The notes under the pieces were generated by a model. That model was given only the letters and a program-made list of their open reading frames with translations. It had not been told where the DNA came from and searched no databases. From Octopus bimaculoides (taxonomy: Eukaryota), in assembly GCF_001194135.2 (NCBI RefSeq), contig NC_068984.1, positions 60,151,635 through 60,215,634 on the forward strand: a stretch of 64,000 nt of DNA, written 5' to 3'. This document shows positions 40,510 through 54,109 of the stretch, piece by piece. Both the position numbers and the translations under genes were made by a program. How positions within the stretch are numbered: position 1 is the first letter of the stretch; each line of letters opens with the position of its first letter.

Positions 40510-42149
40510 TTTTGCAGGAGTTTCTGTCATGGTTTTTTGGTGTTATTTTAACATTTAACATTTTGTCTGTTGTATAGACTATGCTCAATGTAAAGTATAT
40601 TATTTTGTTGGGTTGTGTTTCTAGTAAAGTATAATGAGAGTATGTGCAATGACTGTTGTGTTACTTGGCTGGGTGATATTTGTGATTTGTGTGTGCTGCA
40701 TGATTGGTGCTATATATTTTAATGTCTTATGCTGAGTGTGAAGAGCAATAGTTAACCATTTTGTCTATGGACCCTTTTGATTTCAATTTTATTCTGGTAG
40801 ACCCTCATAGCCATTTGATGTTTAAAAAAATCTTACCATATTTTTATAATTAAATATTTTTAGGAATTGAATAAAAAAATTGTTAAAATATTTTGTGTGT
40901 TGTAGAAGTATAATCGATTTATTGCATATAAACGTTTTATTATACGAGCGTGTAAAAGCACCCATACACTCTGTAAAGTGGTTGGCATTAGGAAGGGCAA
41001 TCGGCCATAGAATTCATACCAAAACAGATATGGAGCCTGAACAGTCCTTCAGCTGGTCAGCTCCTGTCAAACTGTCCAACCCATGCCAGCATGGAAAAGG
41101 AACGTTAAATGATGATGATGATGGAACTTTAGCAACAAAATTTCATAAGGGCTCTCCAAGGGCCATGAGTACCCAGTTGAGAACCACTGATGTAAAGTAT
41201 GCAGTTTGTGGGTTGTGTTATATTAATGGATGACATCTGTGTAGAATATGATTTGTGTGAGTTGCTCATGTTATTGTGTTGCATGGCAATTATACATGAT
41301 CAGTTTCTAAAATGATTAACATAATATTAGTCATTGAGATAATGATTCTCTTGCCTGATCACAAGAATATTTGTAATTAGAATTTTTTTGATGCTCTGCA
41401 TTAAATATGTTCACCCCTACTTAACTGTCAATTTTCATATAGATGGCCTCTCTGAGTAATTGAGTTATCAGTGTTTTGTTTTTCACAGAACTGTAGTCTC
41501 TGCACTTGTTGAGATAAACATCAATTTATATATTCTGAACTTTGCACCAGCTTGAACACCATCTGAAGGGCAATTAAATAATACATTGGTTAATGACCAA
41601 GTTATCATCAATGAACAGCTAAGAATGGCAAATTTGATGCCATAATAGATGACAGTTTAGATCTGGCGTAACTTATAATGATGGTGTTTAGTTAGAGACA
41701 ATGAATGTTGATGGGGATATTAGGTGTGACTTAACAAAATATTATCAGTTATGCTAAATTTGATGATACAAGGAAAATGATGGTTAAATTTCAATGTAAT
41801 GAGAGTTGGTGACAAAGTTAGTTTTAACACTACGAAATCTAAGTAGTAGGTATTAATTAGATGAATTGTCAGAGCTAAACAATGTAACACACACGCATAC
41901 ACTTCTTATTCTATAATGACTGGCATGACACTGAATGAAAGGCAGGAATTATTCTGTCTTTTTATCAAGATATTGCATTCATTTTGAAGCTGTATTCTGG
42001 CACATTGTGAAACCACCATCACACATTAATATAGTAAATTGTACTTGTCTGACATAAAAATATTTGCTCTCTGCTGTTGTGAGTGATAATCTAGTGTCTT
42101 TATGACTATGAAAAGTTCAGATCCACTTCTTAAGCTGTCTACTGTGTGG

Positions 42150-42260
42150 ATTGGAGTTTGGGAAGTCTTGGTAAAACATTAGAGCTATTTAGTTGTTGGC
42201 TGACATGGCCAGACCATTGCAGTCTCTTTCTTCTTATTGCCTTGTTAATGGTGTATATTA
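42150..42260 (-). mobile_element. Short RTE-like ORF2 C-terminal remnant
   Basis: AIRRKRLQWSGHV resembles the RTE RRLRWxGHV motif. Confidence 0.4.
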
Positions 42261-43077
42261 TGTGAAGAGCTTTGCATACATGCACATTGAAATATACATG
42301 ATTGCTTACATATGTGTGAATACACACAACGTACACATAAAAACTCTTGAATTAAAGATCAAGGAGACTAAATTCTAAAGAGAATTCAATACAAGCTATA
42401 TAGATAATTGTAAAATGAATAATTATATTTTATGGATTTATTATTTTATTGATGAGCTATTGAGCTATTGAATTTAGCAAAAGCATAGATTATTTTCTAA
42501 AACAATGACTCTGTTATATAAATCTGTAGAATATATGAATATATACACACACGTGTATGTGTGTATATCTTTTATCTTTTCTTGTTTCAGTCATTGAACT
42601 GTGGCCATGCTAGGGCACCACCTTGGTAGGCTTTAGTCAAACAAATTGAAACCAGTAATTATTTTTTAAAGTTTGGTACATATTTTGTTGGTCTCTTTTG
42701 TCAAACCACTAAGCTACGGGTATGTAAACAAACCAAACGAGTTGTCAAGTAGTGGGTGGACAGACACAAACATATACATACATATATATACATAAATACA
42801 AACATACAAGCATAATATATATAAATATATATGTATATATNNNNNNNNNNTATATACACATACACACATACAATATATATACACACATACATACATATAG
42901 ACATATTCATACATGCATGCACACATATCACACACATACACCCACACAATGTGTTATGCAAAAAGCAATGCATGGTACCAGAATTTTTGACTCGAGTCCA
43001 ATATAACAAACTACTCCAAACTACTCCATAAGTAGAATCTGGACTGGTCAGTTTGTACTGGCATCAAGTCATATGAG

Positions 43078-43297
43078 TAATAATAGTTAAGTCAAGCCAA
43101 ATAGGCATATATTGAAATTATTTAATATGTACATTTCAGGTCAGTATATTATAGAAAATGCATCCATTACATAAGACTTTCCTCAACGGAAGATCTTACG
43201 TAATGGATGCATTTCCTATTCTATGTTACACACACCTGAAATGTACATATTGAATGATTTCAAAATGTCATTATTTGGTTTGACTTCATTATTATTA
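43078..43297. repeat. ~220-bp imperfect inverted repeat (fold-back)
   Basis: Inner arms 43152-43176 / 43194-43218 match 23/25; 43124-43141 / 43234-43251 match 18/18; weaker symmetry extends outwards. Confidence 0.9.
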
Positions 43298-45017
43298 TAN
43301 NNNNNNNNNNNNNNNNNNNNNNNNNNNNNNNNNNNNNNNNNNNNNNNNNNNNNNNNNNNNNNNNNNNNNNNNNNNNNNNNNNNNNNNNNNNNNNNNNNNN
43401 NNNNNNNNNNNNNNNNNNNNNNNNNNNNNNNNNNNNNNNNNNNNNNNNNNNNNNNNNNNNNNNNNNNNNNNNNNNNNNNNNNNNNNNNNNNNNNNNNNNN
43501 NNNNNNNNNNNNNNTATATATATATATATATATATGTACAGGGTGTTCATAAAGTCATGATGCAGTGCCAAACTGATAAATTATAGAGACTGATAAATTA
43601 TACATACAAGCACTGCTTGTGGACTGATAGTGGGGGACAAGCACACACACACTAACAAAGACCTACACACACGTGTGGGACTGAACCTGGGATTGTGTGT
43701 TTGGGAAACAAACTTCTTACCACACAGCTACACTTACATATATGTGATTGGTGTCTTTCAGTGTCTGTCTACTAAATCCATTCATAAGGCTTTGGTTGGC
43801 CTGGGGTTACATTTGAAGACATTTGCCCAAGTTGCCATGCAGTGGGACTGAACCTCAAACCATGTGGTTGGAAGCATTACCATACAGCCACACTGTATAC
43901 TTCTTTGAGAAAAATGATTCTCTTTGAACAAAATCGGTCCAGTTATAGATAGTTTGTTATCACTTCAGTCACCAGAAAGGCAGTTAACCAATGATAAGCC
44001 TTTTGGAAACCTAATACAACCAACACTGTTGCTTGCAAATTACCATTGAAATAAGTACAAGTAAAAAGCAGTAACCCATTAGAGCCAGATATATCTCATG
44101 ATAGTCACAACACAGTGGTCTAATAGGGTCTGATCATTCTCAGTAATTTCCAGGTCTTCTGTTCAGATGCTATTTACAAAATCTGCCTTATTTGACCTAT
44201 GAACAATATCCAAGGGGTAGAAGATCCAAAGCTTCTTTAACACTGTCAAATCTCTTCACCATATGTTCTATGTCTCTCTTTTCCTCTCGGGTTCAGTCCT
44301 TCTTTTCAGCTCTCTGTTGCATTCTCTCTGTATCTGTTTATATTTCTCTGTCTGTCTATTGCTCTCTCTCTCTCTCTCTGATATTCAATCTTTCTTTCAC
44401 ATGCTCTAACTTGCTTTATCTTTCTGTCTGTCTGTCTCTCAAGTTCTGCAATCTCTCTTTCCCCTCGTTCTTTCTCTTTTGTAGTTTCTTTGTCAGTCAT
44501 AATAAGTTCTATAGGAGCTTCCTGGAGATTCTTATCTACAATGTCACCATGCAGTCAACAATCTTGAATGTGTTGATATGCACTTGATGTATGAAGAACC
44601 TTGCAACACATTGTCTACTTGAAATCTTGATCTTGAGTGAGTTAGCAAAGAAAAAAGAGGAAGAATGGGGTATACAGGAATTGAAGAATAGAAGAATGCA
44701 AATAATTATTTCATTCAACAAGTGTTTTATGCCAAACTTAACATATCCTCTGTCAAATTCTTTCGAATGAAAACATCGATTTTTTGGTGACCCCAATTGT
44801 TATATCCTTTTTGTGGTGATCTTGGACGGACGAGTATTCAGGGGTTGGGGAAGGGGACAGAAACCCGTGGATTGGTTGTTTTCTTAAATTGTTTAGTGAT
44901 TCTTTTACCTACTTGCTGACAACCTTTCCTCTTCTGTCCACTTTATATATTGTCACTTCTATATCTCTGTGTGAAGTCACGGAAGCATTAATAATTTAGT
45001 TATTGAAAATTTTATGC

Positions 45018-45049
<32 letters not shown>

Positions 45050-45153
45050 ATGTGTTTGTATATGTGTGCATGTGTAAGTTCACATATCTACACACTACAT
45101 GCACAGACTTGTACATGTGTATGCCTGTATACATGCATAAATGTGTGTGTGTG

Positions 45154-45191
<38 letters not shown>

Positions 45192-46051
45192 NNNNNNNNN
45201 NNNNNNNNNNNNNNNNNNNNNNNNNNNNNNNNNNNNNNNNNNNNNNNNNNNNNNNNNNNNNNNNNNNNNNNNNNNNNNNNNNNNNNNNNNNNNNNNNNNN
45301 NNNNNNNNNNNNNNNNNNNNNNNNNNNNNNNNNNNNNNNNNNNNNNNNNNNNNNNNNNNNNNNNNNNNNNNNNNNNNNNNNNNNNNNNNNNNNNNNNNNN
45401 NNNNNNNNNNNNNNNNNNNNNNNNNNNNNNNNNNNNNNNNNNNNNNNNNNNNNNNNNNNNNNNNNNNNNNNNNNNNNNNNNNNNNNNNNNNNNNNNNNNN
45501 NNNNNNNNNNNNNNNNNNNNNNNNNNNNNNNNNNNNNNNNNNNNNNNNNNNNNNNNNNNNNNNNNNNNNNNNNNNNNNNNNNNNNNNNNNNNNNNNNNNN
45601 NNNNNNNNNNNNNNNNNNNNNNNNNNNNNNNNNNNNNNNNNNNNNNNNNNNNNNNNNNNNNNNNNNNNNNNNNNNNNNNNNNNNNNNNNNNNNNNNNNNN
45701 NNNNNNNNNNNNNNNNNNNNNNNNNNNNNNNNNNNNNNNNNNNNNNNNNNNNNNNNNNNNNNNNNNNNNNNNNNNNNNNNNNNNNNNNNNNNNNNNNNNN
45801 NNNNNNNNNNNNNNNNNNNNNNNNNNNNNNNNNNNNNNNNNNNNNNNNNNNNNNNNNNNNNNNNNNNNNNNNNNNNNNNNNNNNNNNNNNNNNNNNNNNN
45901 NNNNNNNNNNNNNNNNNNTGGGAATAGTTTCAGGATGAACAATATAATTTATTCTCTGACTTTGGGCAAGGGATTTGGAGAACTGTGAAACTTATCAACT
46001 CGATTTTCAGACTATATTTTATCTATGAAGTTTGAGTATTGGTGTGAGTTT

Positions 46052-46086
<35 letters not shown>

Positions 46087-47135
46087 TAATGCAAACATAC
46101 ATGTGCATGTGCAAGCACCTACACATACCTACCCATGCAGACATGCACACACACACACACACACCATACACTTGTAGCATCTTGAAATATTTAATCAATT
46201 ATGTGATCGTACAATAGAAAGGGAAATGTGAGAACCGATGATGAGAAGAGAGAAAGAGGTCAAGAGCGCCTGAGTAAAAGATAGAAAGAAAGAAAAAAGA
46301 GGGGGGTGGGGGTGGAAGAAAGAGAGAGAGAAAGAGAAGTGTGAGTTAAGTGAGGTGTAACATTTATCAGTGTGTATTCTTAAAGCAAGACGTTGTACAC
46401 ATATGCACACTTATGCACACACATACATGCACACACACGCACACACACATTATGCTCCAAAGTAAATCTTGGAAATCCTCCACTGATATGCAGACTTATT
46501 TATAAGACAATATAAGCTCAGTACTGTAGACAAGAAGATATCAGGCTTTACTAAATGTCTACACACATGAAAGATAGTTGATTGGTAGTGTTATTAATGT
46601 GTCAGACAAATGCTTCGCAATATTTATTCCTTTTCTTTGTGCTCTATGACCAAATTCCACCAAAGTCAACTCTTCCGTTCATCCTTTCAGGGCTGATAAA
46701 TTAAAGTACCAGTCAAGTAGTACGGTCAATTCTTTGTCTCCCCCACTGTGCTTTCTCTTTCTCCTTCAGAATTAATTGTTCTTTACCTGGTTATTGCTGT
46801 TCAAATGAGGATGGCTGCTTGTCCCACCAAGTCCAGGTAAGAGAGTGGAGTTAAGTTTGAGGATTAGTGACCTCTTCTCATTAAAACCTAGTTTGCTGCA
46901 GAAACAGTGTAATGATACCAAGCCTTTGTAGTCTGGAAGTAGATATGGGGGTATTGAGAAACAAATGTGTAACTCAAGATAGGATGGATACATGCAGATG
47001 CATATGCACACACATATTCACAAACACACAAATGCAGAATGGGAAAGCCAACAAGGTTACTAGTGGAAATAAATGCTAGAAATAGTAGTCAAATTTTTCT
47101 CAGTTTCTATATTCCTATCTAAAAAAAAAAAAAAG

Positions 47136-47480
47136 GATAAAAGGGTAAAGACCCCTTTGTTCATGAATGATCATGGGATTGCACCTAGAAAGTTACCCTC
47201 TGAAGCACAAGTCTGGGCAAGGTTGTTTATGGAAGACCAGCAGTCATCCATGCATACCAGACTCCTCTCTCCATGCCACCGATGTTATCCAAGAGAAAGG
47301 CAAAGGCTGATACAACTGGGCACCAGTGACATCACATCTCAGTTCTACAATTGAGTGAACTGGAGCAACATAGAATAAAGAGTCTTGTTCAAGAACACAA
47401 CACACAGCCCAGTCCAAGAATTGAACTCACTACCTCATTTTTATGGGTCTGATGTTCTAACCACTGAACCATGTGCCTTC
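47136..47480 (-). mobile_element. SINE family D (tRNA head, CORE-like gtgttcttgagcaagacacttt box); second full copy at 60258-60598(-); related heads at 34330-34620, 39900-40030, 59550-59700 (+)
   Basis: 47136-47480 and 60258-60598 align end to end; the minus strand starts ggcacatggttcagtggttagaac with A- and B-box-like motifs. Confidence 0.8.
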
Positions 47481-50400
47481 AAAAAAGAAAAAAAATTAAT
47501 ACATTTGTAAATTTAGTGCAGGTGTTGCTGTTTTGGTAAGAAGTTTGCTTTCCCATCACATGGNNNNNNNNNNNNNNNNNNNNNNNNNNNNNNNNNNNNN
47601 NNNNNNNNNNNNNNNNNNNNNNNNNNNNNNNNNNNNNNNNNNNNNNNNNNNNNNNNNNNNNNNNNNNNNNNNNNNNNNNNNNNNNNNNNNNNNNNNNNNN
47701 NNNNNNNNNNNNNNNNNNNNNNNNNNNNNNNNNNNNNNNNNNNNNNNNNNNNNNNNNNNNNNNNNNNNNNNNNNNNNNNNNNNNNNNNNNNNNNNNNNNN
47801 NNNNNNNNNNNNNNNNNNNNNNNNNNNNNNNNNNNNNNNNNNNNNNNNNNNNNNNNNNNNNNNNNNNNNNNNNNNNNNNNNNNNNNNNNNNNNNNNNNNN
47901 NNNNNNNNNNNNNNNNNNNNNNNNNNNNNNNNNNNNNNNNNNNNNNNNNNNNNNNNNNNNNNNNNNNNNNNNNNNNNNNNNNNNNNNNNNNNNNNNNNNN
48001 NNNNNNNNNNNNNNNNNNNNNNNNNNNNNNNNNNNNNNNNNNNNNNNNNNNNNNNNNNNNNNNNNNNNNNNNNNNNNNNNNNNNNNNNNNNNNNNNNNNN
48101 NNNNNNNNNNNNNNNNNNNNNNNNNNNNNNNNNNNNNNNNNNNNNNNNNNNNNNNNNNNNNNNNNNNNNNNNNNNNNNNNNNNNNNNNNNNNNNNNNNNN
48201 NNNNNNNNNNNNNNNNNNNNNNNNNNNNNNNNNNNNNNNNNNNNNNNNNNNNNNNNNNNNNNNNNNNNNNNNNNNNNNNNNNNNNNNNNNNNNNNNNNNN
48301 NNNNNNNNNNNNNNNNNNNNNNNNNNNNNNNNNGTCTGGCCGTAAAGCCTTTTCTGTTTGTTTTCCTGTCTTATTTTTTGTCCGCCACTACATTCCTCCA
48401 TGGCTAGATTTAATTTGCGTATACAAATTTAATCTGCGATCCATGGGATGAGCCGTTTTAGCGATGCGTCCTGCCCAAGCTCGTCGAAACGCCGGTGTTA
48501 AAACGTGGGTGGCTGATGAAGGAGAATGTTCTCTATGTGGCTCGTGTGTTCTCGTCTACGTTTGTTTGCACTGTCCTGTACCCAGATATGCACCTATACA
48601 TACAGGTGGATGTCGGTATGCACATACCTGTACGTATATATGCATATACTCAATTACTATTTGTTTTTATATATATATATATATTTGTGTGCTTGTGTCT
48701 GTGTTTGTCCCACCCCACTGTCGCTTGACAACCAATGTTGGTGTGTTTACGTCTCCATAACTTAGTGGTTCAGCAAAAGAGACCAAAAGAATAAGTTCTA
48801 GGCTTACAAAGAATAAGTCTTGGGGTCAATATGTTCAACTAAAACCCCTTAAGGTGGTGCTCCAGCATGGCCACAGTCAAATGACTGAAACAAGTAAAAG
48901 AAGCAAAGAATTTGATAATGCAGTTCTTGGTTTACGCTGTCTAAACAAAAGACTGAATGGATGAAATTCCTTTAATAATGGCTCAGCTCAATAAGCAGTG
49001 ATGTGGGACTAGACAACAGCAACAAGTGCAGCAACAACTATTACACACATACGCATGTGTGCATCTGTCCACAGCTGACAAAGTAGGCAAACCTATGAGA
49101 CTATAAGATCTGACTTCCGTAAATGTTGTAAATGTGAAATTGCTGAATGAATTAAAGTATTGGCCACCAGCTCATGGGTCTTGTGTTCTGATTTGCTATG
49201 AATATTCTATTAAGTTTTAGACAGTTCTCTTAAATCTATACTCATCATCATCATCATTTAGCATCTGCTTGCCATGTTGGTATGGGTTAAATGGTTTGAA
49301 TGGAACCAGTAAGCCTGAGAGCTGCACCAAGTTCCAGTCTGCTTAGGCATGGTTTCTACAGCTGGATCCCCTTCCTAATGCCAACCACTCCAAGAGGGTG
49401 ATGGGTATTTTTTACATGCCACTGGCATGGGTGCTTCTATGTGCCACCGGCACAGGTGCCAGTTACGTGACACCTGCATTGGCCATGACTATGATTTCAT
49501 TTGACTTCATGAGCCTTCTGAAGCTGGAGTAAATACCACATGTCTGATATGTTTGTTACTTGAATTAGGTAGATCCAATGAACCTGTGATGAAGCCTCTA
49601 TGTGGTTGCTCAATTTGTTAGAAATAGCAGCAAATCACATCTTACCACTTTACAAATGGAGACACCTTGGCTAATTTTGTTCTAGATAAATTTTTTCTGT
49701 CTCTTTCTCTCTCACACCGCACAAACATGCACCTACAGAGAAATGCAAATGTATACAGAATTGTGAACAATCAGATGGTTAAATAAGCTCCAGAGAATTA
49801 GGAGTATAAATAAAAACACATCGTTCATCAAGCATTCTTTTAATTTTATTTTGAAATAGTTGTGACAACTTGTAGTAGAGTTTGTTAGATCTGAAAAAGT
49901 TTAGTTTCTGGGAGGAGTGGAAAAAATCCTTAAATGTTAGCTTTTTTTTTTCTCCATTTCTCACACAACAAAATGTTTTTTTTTTTGACACCTGATAAAG
50001 TCTCTTGATTATTTTTACCAGTATTGCTGACATAAGCAATCACCAAGTTCTTTGGATTCCTGATTTTATTCTGATAGCTTTTAATTTCACGAAGTCAAAT
50101 ATTTACAGAAACATTTTTTTTCCTATTCAGTCCTTTTTTTTTATAACAGTTCTATGTTGCAGTTATAACCATGTTCATTTGTGTGCTTTACAGCTATTTT
50201 TTTCCTGCTAGGATGGATTGGATGAATGCATATTGTTGAGGCAGTGTTTTATCCTGGATACCTTCTTACTATTACTCCATACCTGTTTCTCAAGTAAAGG
50301 AGTTTTCATTCCAATCTTAGAAAATGCAGAACTACTGGACAATTTGTTGACAAGGAAATGACAACAGATAACATCCTCTGTAGCTCAGTGATGCTTCAAA

Positions 50401-50890
50401 TAATTGCAGAACACAAACATTCGCACAAACAGCGATGCACATAAATATGCACATGTATGCACACATACGTACACATACAAAGTGTGATTACATACATGCA
50501 CACACAATAACGGGATAAAATTTATATATATGTGTGTATGCGTGTGTGTATATGTATGTGTATGTATTCATATATATATGTGTGTGTGTTTGTGCGTTTG
50601 TGTGTGTGTATGTATGTATGCATATATATTTGTGTATGTATGCATATATATTTGTGTATGTAATCATAAACATGTATGTATGTATGTATAATTTGAGTGC
50701 ATATGTATACATTGTTTATGTTTTTCCATGTTAGCATAAATTGGACAGGAGTTGATTTTGAGAAGAATTTCTGTGGCTGGATGCTCTACCTGTCACCATA
50801 CATGTTCTTCAACTAAGGGATACTTTATTTCACAGATCTTTGAAATGCAAATGTCACAATTGCTTTGCTCAAATGTGTGTGTATGTGTGC

Positions 50891-50930
<40 letters not shown>

Positions 50931-53513
50931 TCTGAATTAAAATGGCCTACATTAAAACCTTTCTCAAGCATTTCATATTAATTTATGTTCCAGACATATT
51001 CATGTTCTGTTTGGCAAGCTGGCAGGTTCGTTAGCATGCTGGGCAAAATGCTTAGCAGCATTGAGTCTGTCTTTACGTTCTGGGTTCAAATTCCACCAAG
51101 GTCANNNNNNNNNNNNNNNNNNNNNNNNNNNNNNNNNNNNNNNNNNNNNNNNNNNNNNNNNNNNNNNNNNNNNNNNNNNNNNNNNNNNNNNNNNNNNNNN
51201 NNNNNNNNNNNNNNNNNNNNNNNNNNNNNNNNNNNNNNNNNNNNNNNNNNNNNNNNNNNNNNNNNNNNNNNNNNNNNNNNNNNNNNNNNNNNNNNNNNNN
51301 NNNNNNNNNNNNNNNNNNNNNNNNNNNNNNNNNNNNNNNNNNNNNNNNNNNNNNNNNNNNNNNNNNNNNNNNNNNNNNNNNNNNNNNNNNNNNNNNNNNN
51401 NNNNNNNNNNNNNNNNNNNNNNNNNNNNNNNNNNNNNNNNNNNNNNNNNNNNNNNNNNNNNNNNNNNNNNNNNNNNNNNNNNNNNNNNNNNNNNNNNNNN
51501 NNNNNNNNNNNNNNNNNNNNNNNNNNNNNNNNNNNNNNNNNNNNNNNNNNNNNNNNNNNNNNNNNNNNNNNNNNNNNNNNNNNNNNNNNNNNNNNNNNNN
51601 NNNNNNNNNNNNNNNNNNNNNNNNNNNNNNNNNNNNNNNNNNNNNNNNNNNNNNNNNNNNNNNNNNNNNNNNNNNNNNNNNNNNNNNNNNNNNNNNNNNN
51701 NNNNNNNNNNNNNNNNNNNNNNNNNNNNNNNNNNNNNNNNNNNNNNNNNNNNNNNNNNNNNNNNNNNNNNNNNNNNNNNNNNNNNNNNNNNNNNNNNNCA
51801 CACAGCCACTCCTGCGCCTATGATAATAATTTTCACCAAATTCCTTTATTATTTTTAAAATCATTTGAAACAAAGGCTCTTTATTTTTAACAGAAATATG
51901 ACAACAAAAGGATTAAAACTCAATTTAACTTTTTTGATGCTATTGATTGTCCCTAGTTCATTGCCATAAACTTCCTGTTTCAAAGTGATTTGGAATTTAA
52001 ACCTTCCATCAAAGTTTCATGTTAATTTATGTTCCAGACACCAGTTTAATAATGACACAGTTTACTAAATTCTTCATAATTTTCAAAATTAATTGAAACA
52101 AGGCAATCTAATTCATCAGGAACATGGTAAAAACGTGTTACCGATGGTAGGAAGAGATTACTGAGGTAGTTACGCCATTTTACGTTTGAGAAATGGGGAG
52201 AAAAAATACATAACAAAGAAACTACTTTGTTTGTGATTGACTTCACTTGCTGCTGTCTTTGAAAGAATTAATCAGCTTTGTTGTTCATCCTTCTGTGGTT
52301 GATAAAATAATGTATGGTCAAGTACTGGTGCCAATTTAATCATCTAGCCTCTCCTGTCAAATGCTTCCAGTATGATGACATATATTACACTGTGTAACAA
52401 AATTTGAATTTTTTTTTTTTTGTCTTTTGTCAGTAAGTGTTATTTAGCTATTTGCTTTTATCTAGAAATCAAAGGAAATGACTGCTCTTCTCTTCAAACT
52501 TTGCTTTTGTGATCTGGACATCAATGTTTTAAAACTGACCTATTTTCCATTACATTTCTGACAGATTCAGTACTGAGTTGCTGAAGCAGAAATATCGTTA
52601 TGGTAATTATTCTGCTCAATATCACAGTTGTTTAAGCTTAACCACTTGAGCATGTCCCTTACAAAATGTGCATCTCTGATCATGAGCAGGAGTAGTGGGA
52701 GAGCATCATAGCTATGTGTTGAGAGGGTTTCTTTGGGTTTGAATAAATGTAAGAAAAGCGAAGTTTGAAGGAAATATTTGCCATTTTTCATATTTTCTAG
52801 GGGTAAACAAATAGAAAACAACAATTGCTATCCAAGTACAAAAATTGTGTTATACAGTATTATCATTTTTCTTTAGTTGAAATTGGTGAGTTGACAGAAT
52901 TGGTAGCACATCAGACAAAATACTTAGTGGGATTCTGTCTGTCTTTATGTTCTGAGTTCAAATTCCATGAATGTCAACTTTAACTTTCATTCTTTTGGAG
53001 GTCAATAAAATAAGCATCAACTAGATCCATCTCATTAAAATTCCAGGCCTTGCGCCTATAGTAGAAAGGAGTATTTTTCTCTAGCTAAACATATTTTCTT
53101 TTAAAAATGAAGTTCAATTTAGACATTGTCATACTTTTAGCTTGTCCTGCTCTCATTTTTCTTATAACTCAGTGACGAAAGCAAATAAATTTTTCTCTCT
53201 TCCATTTGGTAGTGAATCCTTTTCTATTCTCTTTCTTACAAACATCTCCATGGTTATCCTTTCCTGTACCTCCCTTCATCCACACATCAAGTAACCCATG
53301 GTCTTTAACCCTTTAGCATTCTACCTGTTTTATGTTCGAACTGGCTAGATCTGGCCTCTCACACCAACCCTACAATATCATTTTAAAAGTTAACAGTTAC
53401 CTCATCAAAATCTCAAAGCTACAAGATGAAGTAAGACTAATTCAATGCAATGTAAATAAAAAAGCTTTACTTTTGAGAGAATAATGTTAATGCTAAAGGA
53501 TTAATTATTGTTG

Positions 53514-53777
53514 TCCTCCTCCTCCTCGTCCTCCTCCTCGTCCTCCTCCTCGTCCTCCTCCTCGTCCTCCTCCTCGTCCTCCTCCTCGTCCTCCTCCTCG
53601 TCCTCCTCCTCGTCCTCCTCCTCGTCCTCCTCCTCGTCCTCGCCCTCCTTGTCCTCGTCCTCCTCGTCCTCGCCCTCCTCGTCCTCGTCCTCCTCGTCCT
53701 CCTCGTCCTCTTCCTCCTCTTCCTCGTCCTCGTCCTCCTCCTCCTCCTCCTCTTCTCCTCCTCGTCCTCCTCCTCCA
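53514..53777. repeat. Compound (CCT)n minisatellite: 12-bp unit CGTCCTCCTCCT, then a 30-bp higher-order unit
   Basis: Regular CGT every 12 nt over 53527-53640; cgccctcct(c/t)gtcctcgtcctcctcgtcct occurs twice at 53641-53700. Confidence 0.9.
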
Positions 53778-54109
53778 TCATTATTGTGATTGTTGTTATT
53801 ATTTTACTTCTGTTTTCCAAGTTATGGAGTTGGATATGTGGCCATAGACTGAATCAGTTCTTATTCACCTTTACTGACCTTCTTGATTGGTCAGTGAATC
53901 CATCTTGAAGGGCATTTTATCTATTTCTTTCTTACTTTCTATATCTTGGGAGACAACATTGTTCTCCTCCATGTTGTGGTGTACTTCTTTTTTTTTTTTT
54001 TTTCTCTTCTCAGAACTTCCAATAGGTTTCCATCACCTCACCATTTTCTCCCTGCATATTCATTCTATCCTGCCTGCTTGTCTGCCCATCTGTCTGTCTG
54101 TCAATCTGT

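Noticed and set aside
43536-43560. TA-CAGGGTGTTCATAAAGTC resembling a Tc1/mariner TIR
   Set aside because: No partner TIR or internal sequence found.
44100-44800. Possible old LINE RT remnant (FDSV) on the minus strand
   Set aside because: Too degenerate and interrupted by (CT)n; cannot be supported by eye.
49780-49900. Minus-strand terminal-exon-like frame (SNKLYYKLSQLFQNKIKRMLDERCVFIYTPNSLELI*)
   Set aside because: An acceptor is present but there is no recognisable homology or partner exon; compatible with chance.
53467-53820. Arg-rich (protamine-like) minus ORF and poly-Ser plus ORF
   Set aside because: Simple translation of the (CCT/CGT)n minisatellite; no splice or promoter context.
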